Positions 47,129-60,524 are shown, counted from the whole stretch's first letter. The stretch is 61,771 bases of DNA, filler included, from Sphacelaria rigidula (GCA_964200075.2; 8 parts of 8 records of this genome joined end to end with filler, not necessarily neighbours in it); one strand, 5' to 3'. A program made the numbers and translations. Notes: generated from the letters alone by a model not told the origin.

Positions 47129-49174
47129 GATTTGAGTGAACCAGCCTAAAGGGATCTTCAAACTCCGATGCGGTCCTCTAAGCACACGGTCCTCTTACGC
47201 ATTACAAGCTGCCATGTACAGAGATCCTTGGCATAGAGACCGCTGAAATGGCGGGCACGCCGCTTTCCCAAGCTCATCACTTATCGTGATTACATTCATG
47301 GGATAATGTCACCGTGTCATGTGCCTCGAGTACTTATTGCCAGTAGTCCGGGAGAGTTGGCGAGGCGTGAGATATTGTTGCTTTGGCTATAGGCTGTCGC
47401 CACTGTGCGCTCGTATGCATACATGTGTGTGAGCGTGGTCGGCGTCTGCGGTCATCGGGGGATAGAGCGAGTACGGAGCAGAAGTAAATATACGAACCCC
47501 GCAAAGCCCACCAGACTTTTCGGTTTTTATCTGTGTTTACTGATCATTTTCTAGCAACAATACACACCTTGGACAAAACAATATGTTTTCAATGTATATT
47601 AGTCGATCATATTGGAGTTTTGCGATATCTTGTCGGCGTAATATATAATGGTACCCTTGGATTGCACACGTATTGCGCGCCCAATATATATATATTTATA
47701 TATATATATTGATGTCGTGGGACTGCACACATAGTGCCCGCCCAATATATAGTGGTACTGTGGGGTTGAACACATATTGTCCCATCAATATACATTCGGG
47801 CAGTATGGGCAACAGCATATTGGCGACTAATATACGTTAGGACGACTGTTGGGGTATTTGGGGAACATCGCTCGGAATGAAACATGTAGAATAGTATTCA
47901 GGGGTATCGTAGTACGTCTTTCCATGTTCAATATCCAAATTTCCTTGCTTGAACGATTCATACCCATTACAATGAGCAACTACTTTCCGATAAAATCATC
48001 CTTTATTTCAGGACTTCCCTTGGGGTCTAATCCTAACCCTGAGGTTGTCACAAATCCTATCTGAGGGAGAGGGTACCAGCATTTTCTGTCGCTGGATTAG
48101 ACGCCGTTTGGGACCGTCAGGAGGGATATTCAAACTACAGATGATGCGGGTTTTAAATTCAAAAAAACGGCTCGGATTTTGCAAGCGCGTTGCACTACGG
48201 TAGTATCCTTCGACAGCCCCACCGCGTAACCGGATCTCAACACAGCCACGGTGGGAGTGGCCATACAAGGCGTGATAGATGGTTTAGACTGGATGAAGCG
48301 CCTCGGATGGGCACTACTGGCGAAACAACCTTAAGCGTGGGACTAACCCTTACCCTCGTTGTGTGTGTGTGCAGCGTGTGAGGCATCCATTTTATCCCAA
48401 CTAACGACTGTACTGTATTGATGCTGTACTCCGGTGTGCTGGTATTTCTCAGCAGACTGTTGAGTGATGCTGCGTTTCAAAAATCGCTGGCGTCTGTCGC
48501 TGCATTGGATCATTTCGCTGATGGTGGTCGTCGCCGGCGCAACAGTATAAAGTCTCTTTCGGATACTCAACAAGACGCGCTCGAAAACTCGGTGACTAGT
48601 CCAAAGAAGTATGTTCTCAGCATGCTTTGTTACGTGTTCCGTAGCGCTTAGACGCAGGTCTTGCTCAAAGGATGCCGCACAATGACGGCGGTTTTTCTGT
48701 TGGATTGCTCATCATCATGCTTGCGATGCCGTGCAGAAACTTCTGGGTGAGGATTACATGGTCGAAACCGTTTGCGAATCCCGAGCCTTTTGGACGAAAC
48801 ATATGAAATTTCGACAATCGGTTGAACCTCACCCAAATATTGAACCTCAAAAACGGATACAGGCTGTTAGCTGTGCTCTTTATTCTGGCGGCAGGTTGAA
48901 GAGGCATCAACCCATAATGTAACATCACCCGTCCTTTGGGGTACCGAGTAACATGTACGATTATATCAGTCCACGAGTTGAGCTTCTTGTTGAACGATCG
49001 TGGACGTATCGCTTTTTCGACGACTGTATTGCAAAGGCTGCGTAGGAAATCAGTCGAAGTATGGATGCTGTTTATATTACACACCGCACTCTTTTATTTT
49101 TCTCGACTCTGGGGTGCTATCGGACTGTTCATATTCCCTATTAATTTCAAGTGTTTGTTGGTTATGGTTTTTTC

Positions 49175-49520
49175 CCCACCTATACACCTTTCCTTTGTCG
49201 CATGCGTTCTGTGATGTGAAGTATTGGACCGTCTGCAATCTGCAACACCTCTCAACTTGTAAGCTGTGAGATGCGGCACGACCGCCCATACACCTTCTTT
49301 CGCTTGCTAAATGAAAGGGTATGATCAGGCAGTGAATTCGCAGATTGGGTAGTTCCACCTGTACACCTCCGTTTGTATGCGTTTTGAGATTTGAAATATC
49401 AAACTGTCTGCGAATTGCAACTCCTGTCAACTCGTGAGCTGTGAGATGCGGCAAGACCGTCCGTACACCTTGCGCGTGCTAGATGGTAGGGCATGTAAGG
49501 TAGTGCACTCGCAGGTTGGG
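49175..49520 (-). repeat. Two tandem units (about 180 bp) of a dispersed repeat
   Basis: AGCTGTGAGATGCGGCA at about 49262 and 49437; homologous to 17300-17490. Confidence 0.7.
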
Positions 49521-51292
49521 TACTACTTTTTTCAGTGCTATCTGGAATCACCACGTTTGTAGAGGTCGGTCTGCTTGATCGATTGCCGTGCCTCTAGTAC
49601 TGCGCGGTGGTGAGAGGTGAGTTGATAGGTGTAATTTCGCAGTTCGACGAGCCATGCAGGTGACATGTGATGCACCTTACAGAGGCTGATTTCGCACTGA
49701 CCAGAACACATGGCCACTCTGATCTCTCAACTGAAATCATCGTGCGCACGACCCATGCATTTCACCTTCTACTCCACTCCTTGAACAGCCCTGGCGTCCA
49801 AGCAACGTCTTGTTGTTTGTGCTCATGAGCGCCTCGACCGGTGTAGTAGGTGTCGCCGTATCTGCCCTAGCTAACAATATCTAGTGTACTCCGCACACGT
49901 GTCTAATATACTTGTGTCTGCCAATGCGGAAGTCGTGAGACTCCCGGTGACGGTAGGAACCGACGAAGGTTTTTCTCGGGTTACGTAGTCAAGGATTGAC
50001 CGTAAGTCGTGGGGTTGAGGCAAGTAGATCACTCGGGAAGCTCGACAAGCGCGAGCTAGTTAGACCGAAGACGAGGTCAAAGTTTAAGTGATCCCCAGGG
50101 ATAGCCAGCAGTTCGCTGGGAAGATCCCTGTTACCTTGGGGTACCAGATCCGACTGTACAGATATGCGAGTTTCGGGGCTCCTGCGAAAACAACACCTGT
50201 AACAGCCGTTCACTAGGTCACACGTCATGAAAATCAATCTCTCCGCACATGCCCAAATGGCGATCTCCACACATTGTACTAATACCATAAAACTGATTAT
50301 TGTCATTAACCCATGAAAAAAATAACTGGGGCCCCGCACACAGCTTTTTTCATGCCCGGTTGGTTGATTGTCCATCCCAACTTTCATTGTCCAACTTTAA
50401 ACGTAAAAAATTGCGAAACCGCCTTTGAAAAACAGGGCCGGTGGAAATTCGGAACGGTATTTTGCCGACCCTTTACTAGCCCAAATTTGGTGTTTGTGTT
50501 TCGAAAGTGTGTGCTGGACCTTGCTAGGTCATGATGAACCAAGAAAAATGGATCAGGAGACTGGTTTTGATTTTTTTTTTTCGCTGGTTTAGGGCGTTAT
50601 AGTGTGGTAACGACCATTTTTTCACGAGAACGTCCGAACCTCCCCCAAAAAAATGAAGGCCCCCTTTTTTTTTTGTATATTCAGCGTCCCTCTGTCGTTC
50701 TCCATGCTAAGTTTCAAATCACAATTCTAAAGTTTGAGCTAAACAGTTGAGATAAGGCCCAAGAGCGATGTTCATTTCTCCTTAAAACTCCCCCTGAGAC
50801 ACCAAAAAATGAAGAATAAAAAAAGCTGTTTTTTTCGTGCATTTCATTTTGCACTACCGGTTCTTTATACTAAATTTTATAGCACATCCTTCAAAAACTG
50901 AGACGCAATATCCAAATTTATGACATGTAGTGCCTCTGCTCCTAATATATTGATTTTAGTATCGAAACTCATGTGCGCCATATCTCGAGATAGATTACGA
51001 ATGAGGTAAAGGTGAGGGTATCTATCGTCTCCCCGTGCCCCAGGGAATGTCCACGCCAAAATCGCCATCATCCGCTGAATGTATCGTCCGGGTTTTCATA
51101 TACATTTTAGTGTGGACGCTCTCTCCGTACGGTGTAGGCATTACTAGACATTGGGTTTAATCAACGAGAAAAACTGACCCAGATTTTTGAGCAGATGGAC
51201 ACCTTCCCCTGGATTATGCGATCAATACGATATGCGGATCACAGCCCGACTCGTCTGTGTCGGTGAGATATTGCTTTGAGAGCTCAAGGCTC

Positions 51293-52211
51293 GTACAAAT
51301 TGGGGATAGACTTTTTATTGAGGATGATAACCCGGAGAATTAAAACCTTCGTACCCACATCAAACCTTCGAAATATGGTTCCACGCCTTCACCTGCTGGT
51401 AGCTATCGACAACTACTTCACGCCGTACAAATTTGGATCCTGACAACCGACATATTGGGGTCCTAGGTGAAGAAACAACTTTGTCGAATTGAGATTATCG
51501 GATCAGATCGCCGAAATTCCCTCAAAAAACACGGGATGTTACAAATTGGGGATGGATCTTTCCTTGGGGATGAGAAACCCGGAGAATTGAAATCTTCCTA
51601 TTCACACCAAATCTTCGAAATATGGTTTCAATTCTTTACCTACTGATAGCTATTGACAACTGCTACACGCCATAGAAAATTGGGTGTCGATCACCGAAAT
51701 GTTGGGGTCCTAGGTCAAAAACCAATTTTGGAGAATTCCGGGTCTCCGAAAGGACGCCAAAATGGTTCGGAAATTGTTTTTTCACCTAGGACCCTAACAG
51801 TTCGGTGATGTAAATCCAAACCTCTATGGCGGGTAGACTAATGCCGAAATACCCCCCATGAAAAGTGCACCGCAGACCGTCCCACAAACCGGATGCTATC
51901 CCACTGATGGGCTCGTTTGCAGCCATTTTGCACACATGAGCGGCGTGTAGCAGTCCGAAATCAGATATGACACCCAAATCAGTCGCGTCGTGCGGCACGA
52001 AACTAGCTCTAACGGCATTTATAATCATCGCCTCCGTGCACTTTTTTGGCCGGTTCGTGGGGGGGCTATCTCGGCAGCAGTCGGTAGCAGTTGTCAATAG
52101 CTATCACTAGGTGAAGAAATGGAATCATATTTCGAAGATTTGGTGTGGATACGAAGATGTCAATTACCCGGATTTCTCATCCCCAATAAGAGCTCCATCC
52201 CCAATTTGTAA
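51293..52211. repeat. Foldback structure: two direct units (about 245 bp) plus one inverted unit
   Basis: TACAAATTGGGGAT...CTTCGAAATATGG...GGGGTCCTAGGT at about 51294 and 51540; inverted copy at 51765-52211. Confidence 0.8.
51836..52082. mobile_element. MITE with 4-bp TSD GGTA (same family as 4956-5204)
   Basis: GACTAATGCCG...CTCGGCAGCAGTC; GGTA at 51832-51835 and 52083-52086; empty-site paralog at about 51650-51680. Confidence 0.88.
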
Positions 52212-52246
52212 GATGCCATGTTAAAACTGGCTTTTTAACTAGCACC

Positions 52247-54038
52247 TGTAGCCTCTGCCAGACGATCTGGACAAGAGGACTATCCACGAGGGACTCCTTC
52301 AGTAGCACTGGCCTCGTGCTCGACAAGTCTTTTCTTCGCACTTGTTATTATCACGGAGTGATCCAGAAACAGACCACATCAAGAGCCAGACAGCAAGGGG
52401 TTACACAGATACAGCTCATCAGTCCAGGATTCCCTGTCCCCTGCGACTGTTCCAACCATGCATGCGATTATACTGAAACCTACGGCTTGGCATCATTTGG
52501 CTACGCAGCCGGTCGCCCCAGTGGCTCGGTTGGTAATCTCGAAATCTTCTGACGGTTGGGTCGTGGGTTCAAATCTCGGAGCGATCTGGGATATTTTCTT
52601 ACACCATGCCCAACAGTGGAGAGCGACCATGTCGCGGGTACACAAAATTCGACTTAACGGTCGACGACGGAAAGGGACTGTACCCCTCTCACGATAAAAA
52701 ATAGAGGCAGGCACCGCAGAAGGAAGGTGGAGTACTAAAAACAAACAAAAAATAGATAGCTCCTGTGTTGACCCTGCTCCTGTGTTGACCCTGCTCCTGT
52801 GTGACCCCGGCAGGGTGCGTCCACATATACCGAAAGGTGTAGGCTGGCGCCCAGAATAGATGAGACGACAACACACAACATACAGCACCCCCGAAGCGAC
52901 TTCAAGACAAACGAACGAGCTTGACAACCAACAAAACCCAAGGCGAGATCGCATGCGCCAGATCACAAAGAAATACCATACCCCAACGCTACTTTACTGG
53001 TCAGCGCCCGAGTCAACCGCATTTTACGTATTTCCTTCAGAACAAATTCAGGCGCCGAAGAATGAATCTTGCGAAGAGACTCCCACGTACGTTCTTCATC
53101 ACCGAACCCTTCCGAATCGACCAACAACAAATAACAAGGACATCACCATTGTCATCTTCAGCGACGTGCACTAAAGCCTTCATGCGATATTCACCTTGAG
53201 CATACAGATGCTGAAGTACATCTTTCAGTTCCGCAGTGATTTGCAACTGCGAGTCAGCATAGAAGCGTAAACGAGCGACATGGGCCAAGTGCACGGCACC
53301 AGGAACAATGTTCTGCACCGAATACACGTAAGCGTGATCGGCTCTGACCACTCGCCACGGACCTGTTCACGTGGACATCAACTTTGGCGTCACACCTTGC
53401 CTCCGAACACGGGCATACGATACGAAATCGCCAACTGCAAACTTGGGCAACACAGCCTGGCCCTGAGCAAGCTTGCGTTTGGTTTCGCGAGACAGCAAAG
53501 TACATCTCGTTACAACACCGCACTTGCTCGTCAACCACGCCTCGAACCTTGTCACGCAAGGAAATAGCATCCATGACACATGGACGTTCCACCCGCCGCC
53601 AGTGACAGAAGCCAGCGCGGAAAACGCTGTACGCGGCGCACGCCCAAACATCACACAATACGGAGTGTCACGGCAGCGTTCACGAAAACAAGTATTCAAC
53701 GCCCACTGAGCGACTGGCAAGACATCAACCCACTCAGACACCGGCCGTCGCTGTTCCGACAGAGTAGTCCGCAACGCATGAATAACCCCTTTCACCATGC
53801 ATTCACAAGCACCACTCGACCAAGGGGTATACGTAACAGCAACTTGGTGTTGCACCTTGAGCGCATCGCTCAGCTGCGCGATCACGCAACTCATGAAGTG
53901 CATGGCGGTATCACTAACCAAAACACGCGGCACCCCAAAGTCTTGCACCAATGGAGCAAGTGCTTAGCCGTAACCTCGGCGGTGCAAGCCTCGGTCGGCT
54001 CCAAGCAAAGGAAAATTGGACAAATCATCCATCATAAC
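52247..54038 (-). mobile_element. 3' part of a chromodomain-type Ty3/Gypsy element: integrase, chromodomain remnant, PPT and 3' LTR (52884-52247, interrupted by a SINE)
   Basis: FGVPRVLVSDTAMHF...YTPWSSGACECMV...W..VLP.AQWALNT...TPYCVMFGR; VGDFV...KLMST/WTGPWRV...HVARLRFY (GPY/F motif); LTR termini TGTAGCC...GGCTACA; GGGGG upstream. Confidence 0.88.
52505..52880 (+). mobile_element. tRNA-derived SINE
   Basis: A-box TGGCTCGGTTGG, B-box GGTTCAAATC, acceptor-like stem GGTCGCC/GAGCGATC (52511-52586), 17-bp internal repeat, AC-rich tail, TAC duplicated at 52502-52504 and 52881-52883. Confidence 0.75.
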
Positions 54039-54138
54039 NNNNNNNNNNNNNNNNNNNNNNNNNNNNNNNNNNNNNNNNNNNNTTAATTAATTAANNNNNN
54101 NNNNNNNNNNNNNNNNNNNNNNNNNNNNNNNNNNNNNN
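54039..54138. other. Artificial contig-joining linker
   Basis: 44 N + TTAATTAATTAA + 44 N. Confidence 0.98.
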
Positions 54139-54349
54139 ACAACATAACCTAGCTGGACTACCATCAGGATTACCGCGAAAAAAAACGCAAGCGCGCAAAA
54201 AAAAAACGGTAACCTGGTTGCCTAGCTTACGTAGTGAGTGGCGTGTTCAAACTACTTGGGGGGAGGGGGGTTTCCCGCCTTCCGTTCCCCCAAGAATAGG
54301 TGCGAAAGCACATTTTTTTGCCTCGTTTTTTCCGGTATAGAAAAGGGAC

Positions 54350-54572
54350 GCTATGCAGCCATGAAATCATGCATTCGCACAAACGCTATGGGGGAACGGG
54401 AGACAGGAAAGCCCCCAAAATGGTTTTAGGGAGCTGGGGGGGAGGGGGGGGGGGGTATGAGATCGTCGATATGAAACTCGTTTGTCATGGTTTTAGGTCA
54501 GGGAAAGCACTGTTGTTTTGGAGTTGAACCATGTTTTTTTCATGTTCAACCCAACTTCTCAGAATCCTCTGT
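54350..54572. repeat. Arm of the foldback family seen at 16394-17071
   Basis: GACAGGAAAGCCCCCAAAATGGTTTTAG...AGGTCAGGG...CTTCTCAGAATCCTCTGTT matches 16915-17078. Confidence 0.7.
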
Positions 54573-55949
54573 TGACAGGTTTGTTTGATATCCAGTAGTT
54601 GTCTACAGCCAACTAACTGCCTGTAACAGGTTTTCCAATCGGGTAGTTGTCTACAGGCGAGTACTGAGTACTGTTGTACCGTAGGCCTAAATAGCTCTTC
54701 ACCTCACGCGGGTGAATGACATAACTCGCCCCCTCGAAGACAGGATTTTTGCACCCCGTCACCCCGACAACAGCGAAGTTGGGAACGACTTTTGTTCTAC
54801 AATTGATTTTCCGCGTGAGCAACCTGCAACCCGGGGGAACGAGCCGTGGTCACAAGAAGGTACACGTCACGTACCCAACGTGGACAAAAATGGACACACG
54901 TGGCCAACCGGTTCCCCCTCAAATTACTCCGAGTGATGCCACGACAGATTGCCCCCCCTCAAACGAACCCCCTCCAAAACTGTCATCACGAAGAAAGAAA
55001 CGATCATCATACAGCTGGCGTCACTACTTCGGGAACTCTAATTTTGAGGCGAGGCAGGCGAGGCTCAGATCTTATTCTTATCGCCGAGCGAAGCATAATT
55101 TCTTACACCCAATTTCTTACTTTCCGCACACGTGCGATGATGATGAATTTCTTCAAGGCCAATTTCTTATTCTCCCCGGGCGCGTACAAAATGATGGAAT
55201 TCTTGAAAGATTTTTTTTTTGCGAACGGATGTAGCACTACAGTTAGTTGTACAAGAATACGTACTGACTACGTATTGTACTGTATTCTCTCGGGGGCGGG
55301 GGTAGAGAGGGGCGGGGGATCTTTGCGTCGAGGGGCTGATGCGTCTGGGACCAATAATCTCTCGTTTCCCAAGGCTACAGTGTCGATGACAGACTTCTTA
55401 TCCGCCGAGCCTCTTGCATCTTTCAGTTTCTTATTCTTGTTTCGCTCCGATCTGAGCAAGATTTTTTACAGCATCAATTGATTTCTGAAAATCTGAAACA
55501 TTTTAGCCTCGATTTCTTCACAGGTCATCTCTCAAATAAATGCTTTCGCCACCTGTACAGCGCATGATACAGATTGTTTTAGACTGGATGAAGCGCCTCA
55601 TCATGGGGCGACATTGATTAGCGAAAAAGATGCCTACCGTGGAAGTTCCCGGCTTCTCGGTGTGCTCAGCTTTGATTTACATGTAGATTTTGCCTCCTCC
55701 AACCAGCCACGTTTCTGGGGATGGGGGGCTACCGTTGCATCACTACTCCAAAGCTTACTATGCATCGAGATCTCCCGTATATCTCGTACAGATGAATATA
55801 TATAAGGGACGAACCTCGAGTTTGAGATACCTCTACCAAGCTGGAACGGAGCACGCCGAGTTTTCGCCGAACCAGGTATCGCACACGGGGGATGAATGAA
55901 AATAATGAACGAAATGAAATGAATTAGATTCGCGCAGAGAGTGGGAGTT

Positions 55950-56345
55950 ATCACACAGGTCGGAGCTATTATTGCACGGATAGCACACGCGGCCACTTGG
56001 CTACCTCTAAACCTCCTCCAGGTGGGTAAACTTTTCGAGCCTCCAGAGGAATTGAACGCCTCCGGAGGGGTGCGCGGCCCTCCAGAGGAAATTTGTGGTT
56101 CCCTCCAGAGGGAATAAGAGCCTCCGGAGGCTTATTTTTGCCTCTGGAGAGCCGCACATACCCCCGAATTCCTCCGGAGGGGTGCGCGGCCCTCCGGGTC
56201 GGTAGAGTTTGGTTTCCTCCAGAGGGATTGAAGGCCTCGGGAAGCTTGTTTTTCCCCTGAAGGGCCGCGCATCCCTCCGGAGGCATTTTGGGGTGCAGCT
56301 AAATGGCCGCGTGTGAGATCCAGAGTAATCGCACAGGGGTGTGAT
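55950..56345. mobile_element. MITE/foldback with TIRs and internal CTCCGGAGG/CTCCAGAGG repeats
   Basis: ATCACAC...CACACGCGGCCACTTGGCT is inverted as AGCTAAATGGCCGCGTGTG...GTGTGAT. Confidence 0.65.
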
Positions 56346-56372
56346 GACAAAACAAGATGGAGATGATTTCAA

Positions 56373-56569
56373 CCCTTTGACGGCGAGAGTATAGGTGATC
56401 TGCTGACATGGCATCAATTTCACTTGAGAAAAGTACATGCATGGTCCAGATGGACTATACCCTCGTGGTCTAAGGGTTGACCCTTTGACGGCGATTTTCA
56501 TGAATCGGCCACAATTTCACTTGAAAAAAGTACGCATGATCCAGATGGATTACCTTCGCGGTCCAAGGG
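56373..56569. mobile_element. Head-to-tail dimer of a piggyBac-like MITE
   Basis: TCAA|CCCTTTGACGGCG...AAGGG|TTGA|CCCTTTGACGGCG...AAGGG|TTAA; units 56373-56476 and 56481-56569. Confidence 0.72.
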
Positions 56570-59500
56570 TTAAAAAGCGAACGCATACTGTACCGTGCAA
56601 TGACTCGCACTTGTACAGTAGGTCTTGTACAGGCGAACTTATCTGCACGAAGGTTTATTCTACCGGAGATAGCTGTCCACAGGCAACGATAATTATGTAT
56701 GCGGTAGTACACGAGTCTCATATAGTTGAACGGCAAGTTTCTTCCGATTTTTCCGAGAGGTATCTACAGGCGACATAGTTGCGCATAGTTGCGGAACAAT
56801 TTTTACTCGCGACTATGCGTATTTCCTCTGTAGTGCCTATACGATACATACAGCATATATATATTTACAGACAGGTTGGTGAATATACAGTGATTTGACC
56901 AAGTACACAATGAGCAAAGGCCGCTTACGAGGAGTGTAGCAGCAACGAAACTCAAGCAAGTTTGTTTCTTTCACTGAAAACAACGGATGTACGAACACTG
57001 AAGGATCATCAAACATCGGCAAGCACGTACTGTCTGCACCGAACTACCATTGTTCATTGCACTACTGTATGTGTGTGCTGCGCTATACCTTGGATCGTCC
57101 GTAATGATATTAGGACGAAGACACCCGACACTCATCTATCAGCGGTTAGTTCTCACGCAACAATAATAACAACAGGAGACAACAAAGACCTAACCACTGC
57201 CTGTTCGTATATATGAACTGCAAGATCGGTGACCAAGACCTCGTGCGACGGAGGGGACCTAGCTGGCAAAACTTGTCTACAAAGGATTCCTGTGAAACCA
57301 AACGGTTGCAAGAAATGAGATCAAATAAGGCATGGTATATATCCAAATTCCATGTGGTACGACTCTCAGCCTGCGCCCGGCGACATACTGCACTGTTGTA
57401 GTAGATCACTACAACAACAACAACAGCATAGTACAACAGTGTGTGTGTGGCAATACACACACGCGCATGTCCACCGCGATAAGTTTCGCTATTTCAGTAG
57501 GTTTCTATCCTGAGATACAACACCGCGAGGACACTGGAGAACAGCAGCGAAAGGCGGTACACGCCGCACCAGCAGTAGTACAGTACAAGTAGTAGTGTAG
57601 AAGTAGAAGTATGTATGCCCAACACACTACAAAATACCACCACGCTAGATGAACAAATATGTATGGACTCACAAGTCGAGGTTGTTGTCTTCGTATCTGA
57701 TTAGTCCACTCGATGTCGACGTTGTGTCCATCATCTTGTTCATGAAGGAGATAGCAGCACAAAAAGTTACAACAGTGCGGTACACAGGTCCACCCACACA
57801 ACTGTCGTGATGATCGAGGAGGCTATGCGTAATGAGCGCGGATGCTGATAACCAGTAACTGCCTGCTGCCGGCGAATCCACGGAGATGTCGCACAGGGTG
57901 TGCGCCACGGATTCCGCTGCCACAGTGGGATTTAGCGATGAAAATATGTGTATTCTCCCGGAGGCAACTGTCCTTTTGACCGCCGGGATATTTTCACCTG
58001 AGAAATGAGAATGTAGAATGTAGACCCAGATGCGGTCTGCGGTCAAGCCATTTTGACCGCCCACGGCCATCGATCGGTGTAATTCGAATTGACATCATGA
58101 ATACCATTCCATCATTCTTGGTCGATAAATATTTTTCAGTCTCTCCTCGGTCACAGGCTTGGACCTGTTCGCAGGTCCGCCCGGGCGGGCGGATGTACCT
58201 CCTTTGCACAGAAACATGAACACCCTTCTACCGAGCTTGCTGAAATCGGTATGGTATATCGGGTGATCCGAAATATAATGACTATATGAACTTAGAACGT
58301 TTTTGATAATGACTTCAAGGATAGAGATGTACATGAGGTGTTGACGTTGCTGACTCTCTGTGTCGCTGCAGGATTATATGTTGCCGGATATCGGATCATA
58401 GGCAGGGATCTATCGGTATTGGTGGTCAAGGGGGGTGGGAGTAGCGCGGTAGTGTCGTATAAACCATGAGCGAGAGTGAGAATCCATCTGTGGGGAAAAA
58501 GATCGATGCTCAGGAGATCGCGGAACCCTTTCGACAGCAGGTAGGCTAGCCAATACATGTACATTTCTGAGATTGGGGCAAGCAATGATTACAGTAGATA
58601 GATGGGTCAATCACAACAGCACAGACGGCGGAGCCAGCTGTATGCAGGGTGCTGTGTTGTGCGTTGTACGATATACTCGTCTGCTGTGCTGTGCCGTACC
58701 GCGCTGTGCTATGTTATGCTGCGCTGTGCAGTCAACAATTTCATATGCAAGGCCGTGTCTACTGCGTATTGTACCAACGGTGCTGATGAAATAGCCGGTA
58801 GTAGTACAATACTTACATATAGAACAGTGCGAATGCAACAGGTGGAGCAACGAAGCAAGGCAGCAAAACGCACGCGGTGCCATTTCGTCCAGCAGGGGCT
58901 CTTATTTTTCCATCTAGCGTTGGGTGGCCGTGAACATATCGGCGGCTCTTCAGTAGGCAAGGCGACTGGTTCCTGTTGCTATGATGTACTGTGTAACATA
59001 CTTCAACTTGTGCACTATTTGTACAGCACAAACACGGTGGACTACTCACTGACTGTGCGAATCTGTAGTGTACTGTTGTCTTTCGTTCGAATGTATTGAC
59101 TACGGCTGTTCTACCGCTAGTGCATCTGCGTATTCCTTTCCGACCCGGGCGACGCACGCCGGAGAGTGTTTCGATCTTGTGGTCACCATGAATATTCGTA
59201 TCCAATGCAACCGTACTTTGCACTGTACTGTATACTATCTCCTCCTTTTTCGAAGCAAATGACACATGCTGTGTATATATCTCACGATCTTGTGGATCTC
59301 ACGTCTCACGTCTGACTGATCGTGGGTGTTTCGGTGGCATGGGTGCTCACACTCAGATCGTGAGGACGGTTCACAGAGCGTTCTTGGAATTTTATATGTA
59401 TTTTTAGGCCTAAGCCTAACTCTAACCCTGGCCCCGACCGAGGCATACGAGAACCGTTTCGTAGCGTTCATACGGTTCATGGGATAACCATTTCTTATGG

Positions 59501-59806
59501 GGGGCAATCCCGCAAATGGCGGGACCCTAATCTGTACCAGATTGGAAGGACTCAGATTCGGGAAACTCAGATCCATGTGTACCACATTATGGCTTCACAT
59601 ATATTTTTTTATCGTTCTGTGGACGGAGAGTCATTTTCTGGAAGGGTGTGGTATGTGGGCGTGTCTCTGGCCGTGTCTTAGCACATTAGTTTTCAATCGA
59701 AAATGTGCGTTGGGAAACAAAAATCCCCGATCCGATCGGTCGGAATTTTAATCATCTTCGTTATTTTTTATTTTTTTATTTTTTTGAAGATGGTTGAAAT
59801 TAGGCC

Positions 59807-60524
59807 GAATGTTGTGGCAACAGAGTTTTGGCCCACAGAGTTTTTTTCCTGGTGAAATGAATCCGCGGCAAATTTGAGGTCGGGAACGATATTATTGCAG
59901 CACACAGATTTTCATACCATATTCTTCTGATTGATATACCTCCACCAGCGCTGGATCACTCCACTTACACCAGTGCCAGCTCTTTCGAGCACATGAGTAA
60001 GCCACCATGCCCTCCTCGTTCCTGCAAAAGTTGAATCCTTCATCGAAGGATCGCAGAACCACCCGCCAGACAGCGACAGGGCGCATCACATGTCTCCCCT
60101 CTCGACATCTCTGCAGTGCTTTTGCCAGGAGACCGACGATCAAGGCGTGTCGTTTTTTATCTCATACGCGCGAGGCGGGCTCGATCGCGCGTCGGGTGCG
60201 GCGTGTGGTTGCTTCGTGTGCTGTTGGTTGTGGTCGAGAGGATCACTCACAAAGGCGCAGCCAGCACGCCGGCACATGAAAGAAAAACGCGGCGTGACCC
60301 CATTGTGACGGTCTCCCGGCCAAAACGCAAATTTCCGTATGCAAAATCCGTGCTCGCCAACCCCCGTCAGTTTGCCCAAAAATCTGTGGGACTCGGGCCC
60401 CGGATCTTGGCGGATTATTTCACCCAATGTTTTTAACAATCTGTACCCATAAGATGGGTGTAACGCGAATTATTTAAAAATCCGAAGATCCGCGGCCAAA
60501 AATCTGTTGCCATAACATCCGCTC
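59807..60524. mobile_element. Non-autonomous TIR element with 7-bp direct flank TTAGGCC
   Basis: ATGTTGTGGCAACAGAGTTTTGGCC versus GGCCAAAAATCTGTTGCCATAACAT; TTAGGCC at 59800-59806 and 60525-60531. Confidence 0.68.

Noticed and set aside
52511..52586. Functional tRNA gene
   Set aside because: The anticodon arm is not canonical, and it continues into a SINE body with tail and TSD
52800..52870. Hammerhead ribozyme in the SINE 3' part (GAAA and GATGAG motifs)
   Set aside because: No CUGANGA core and I could not build the three stems
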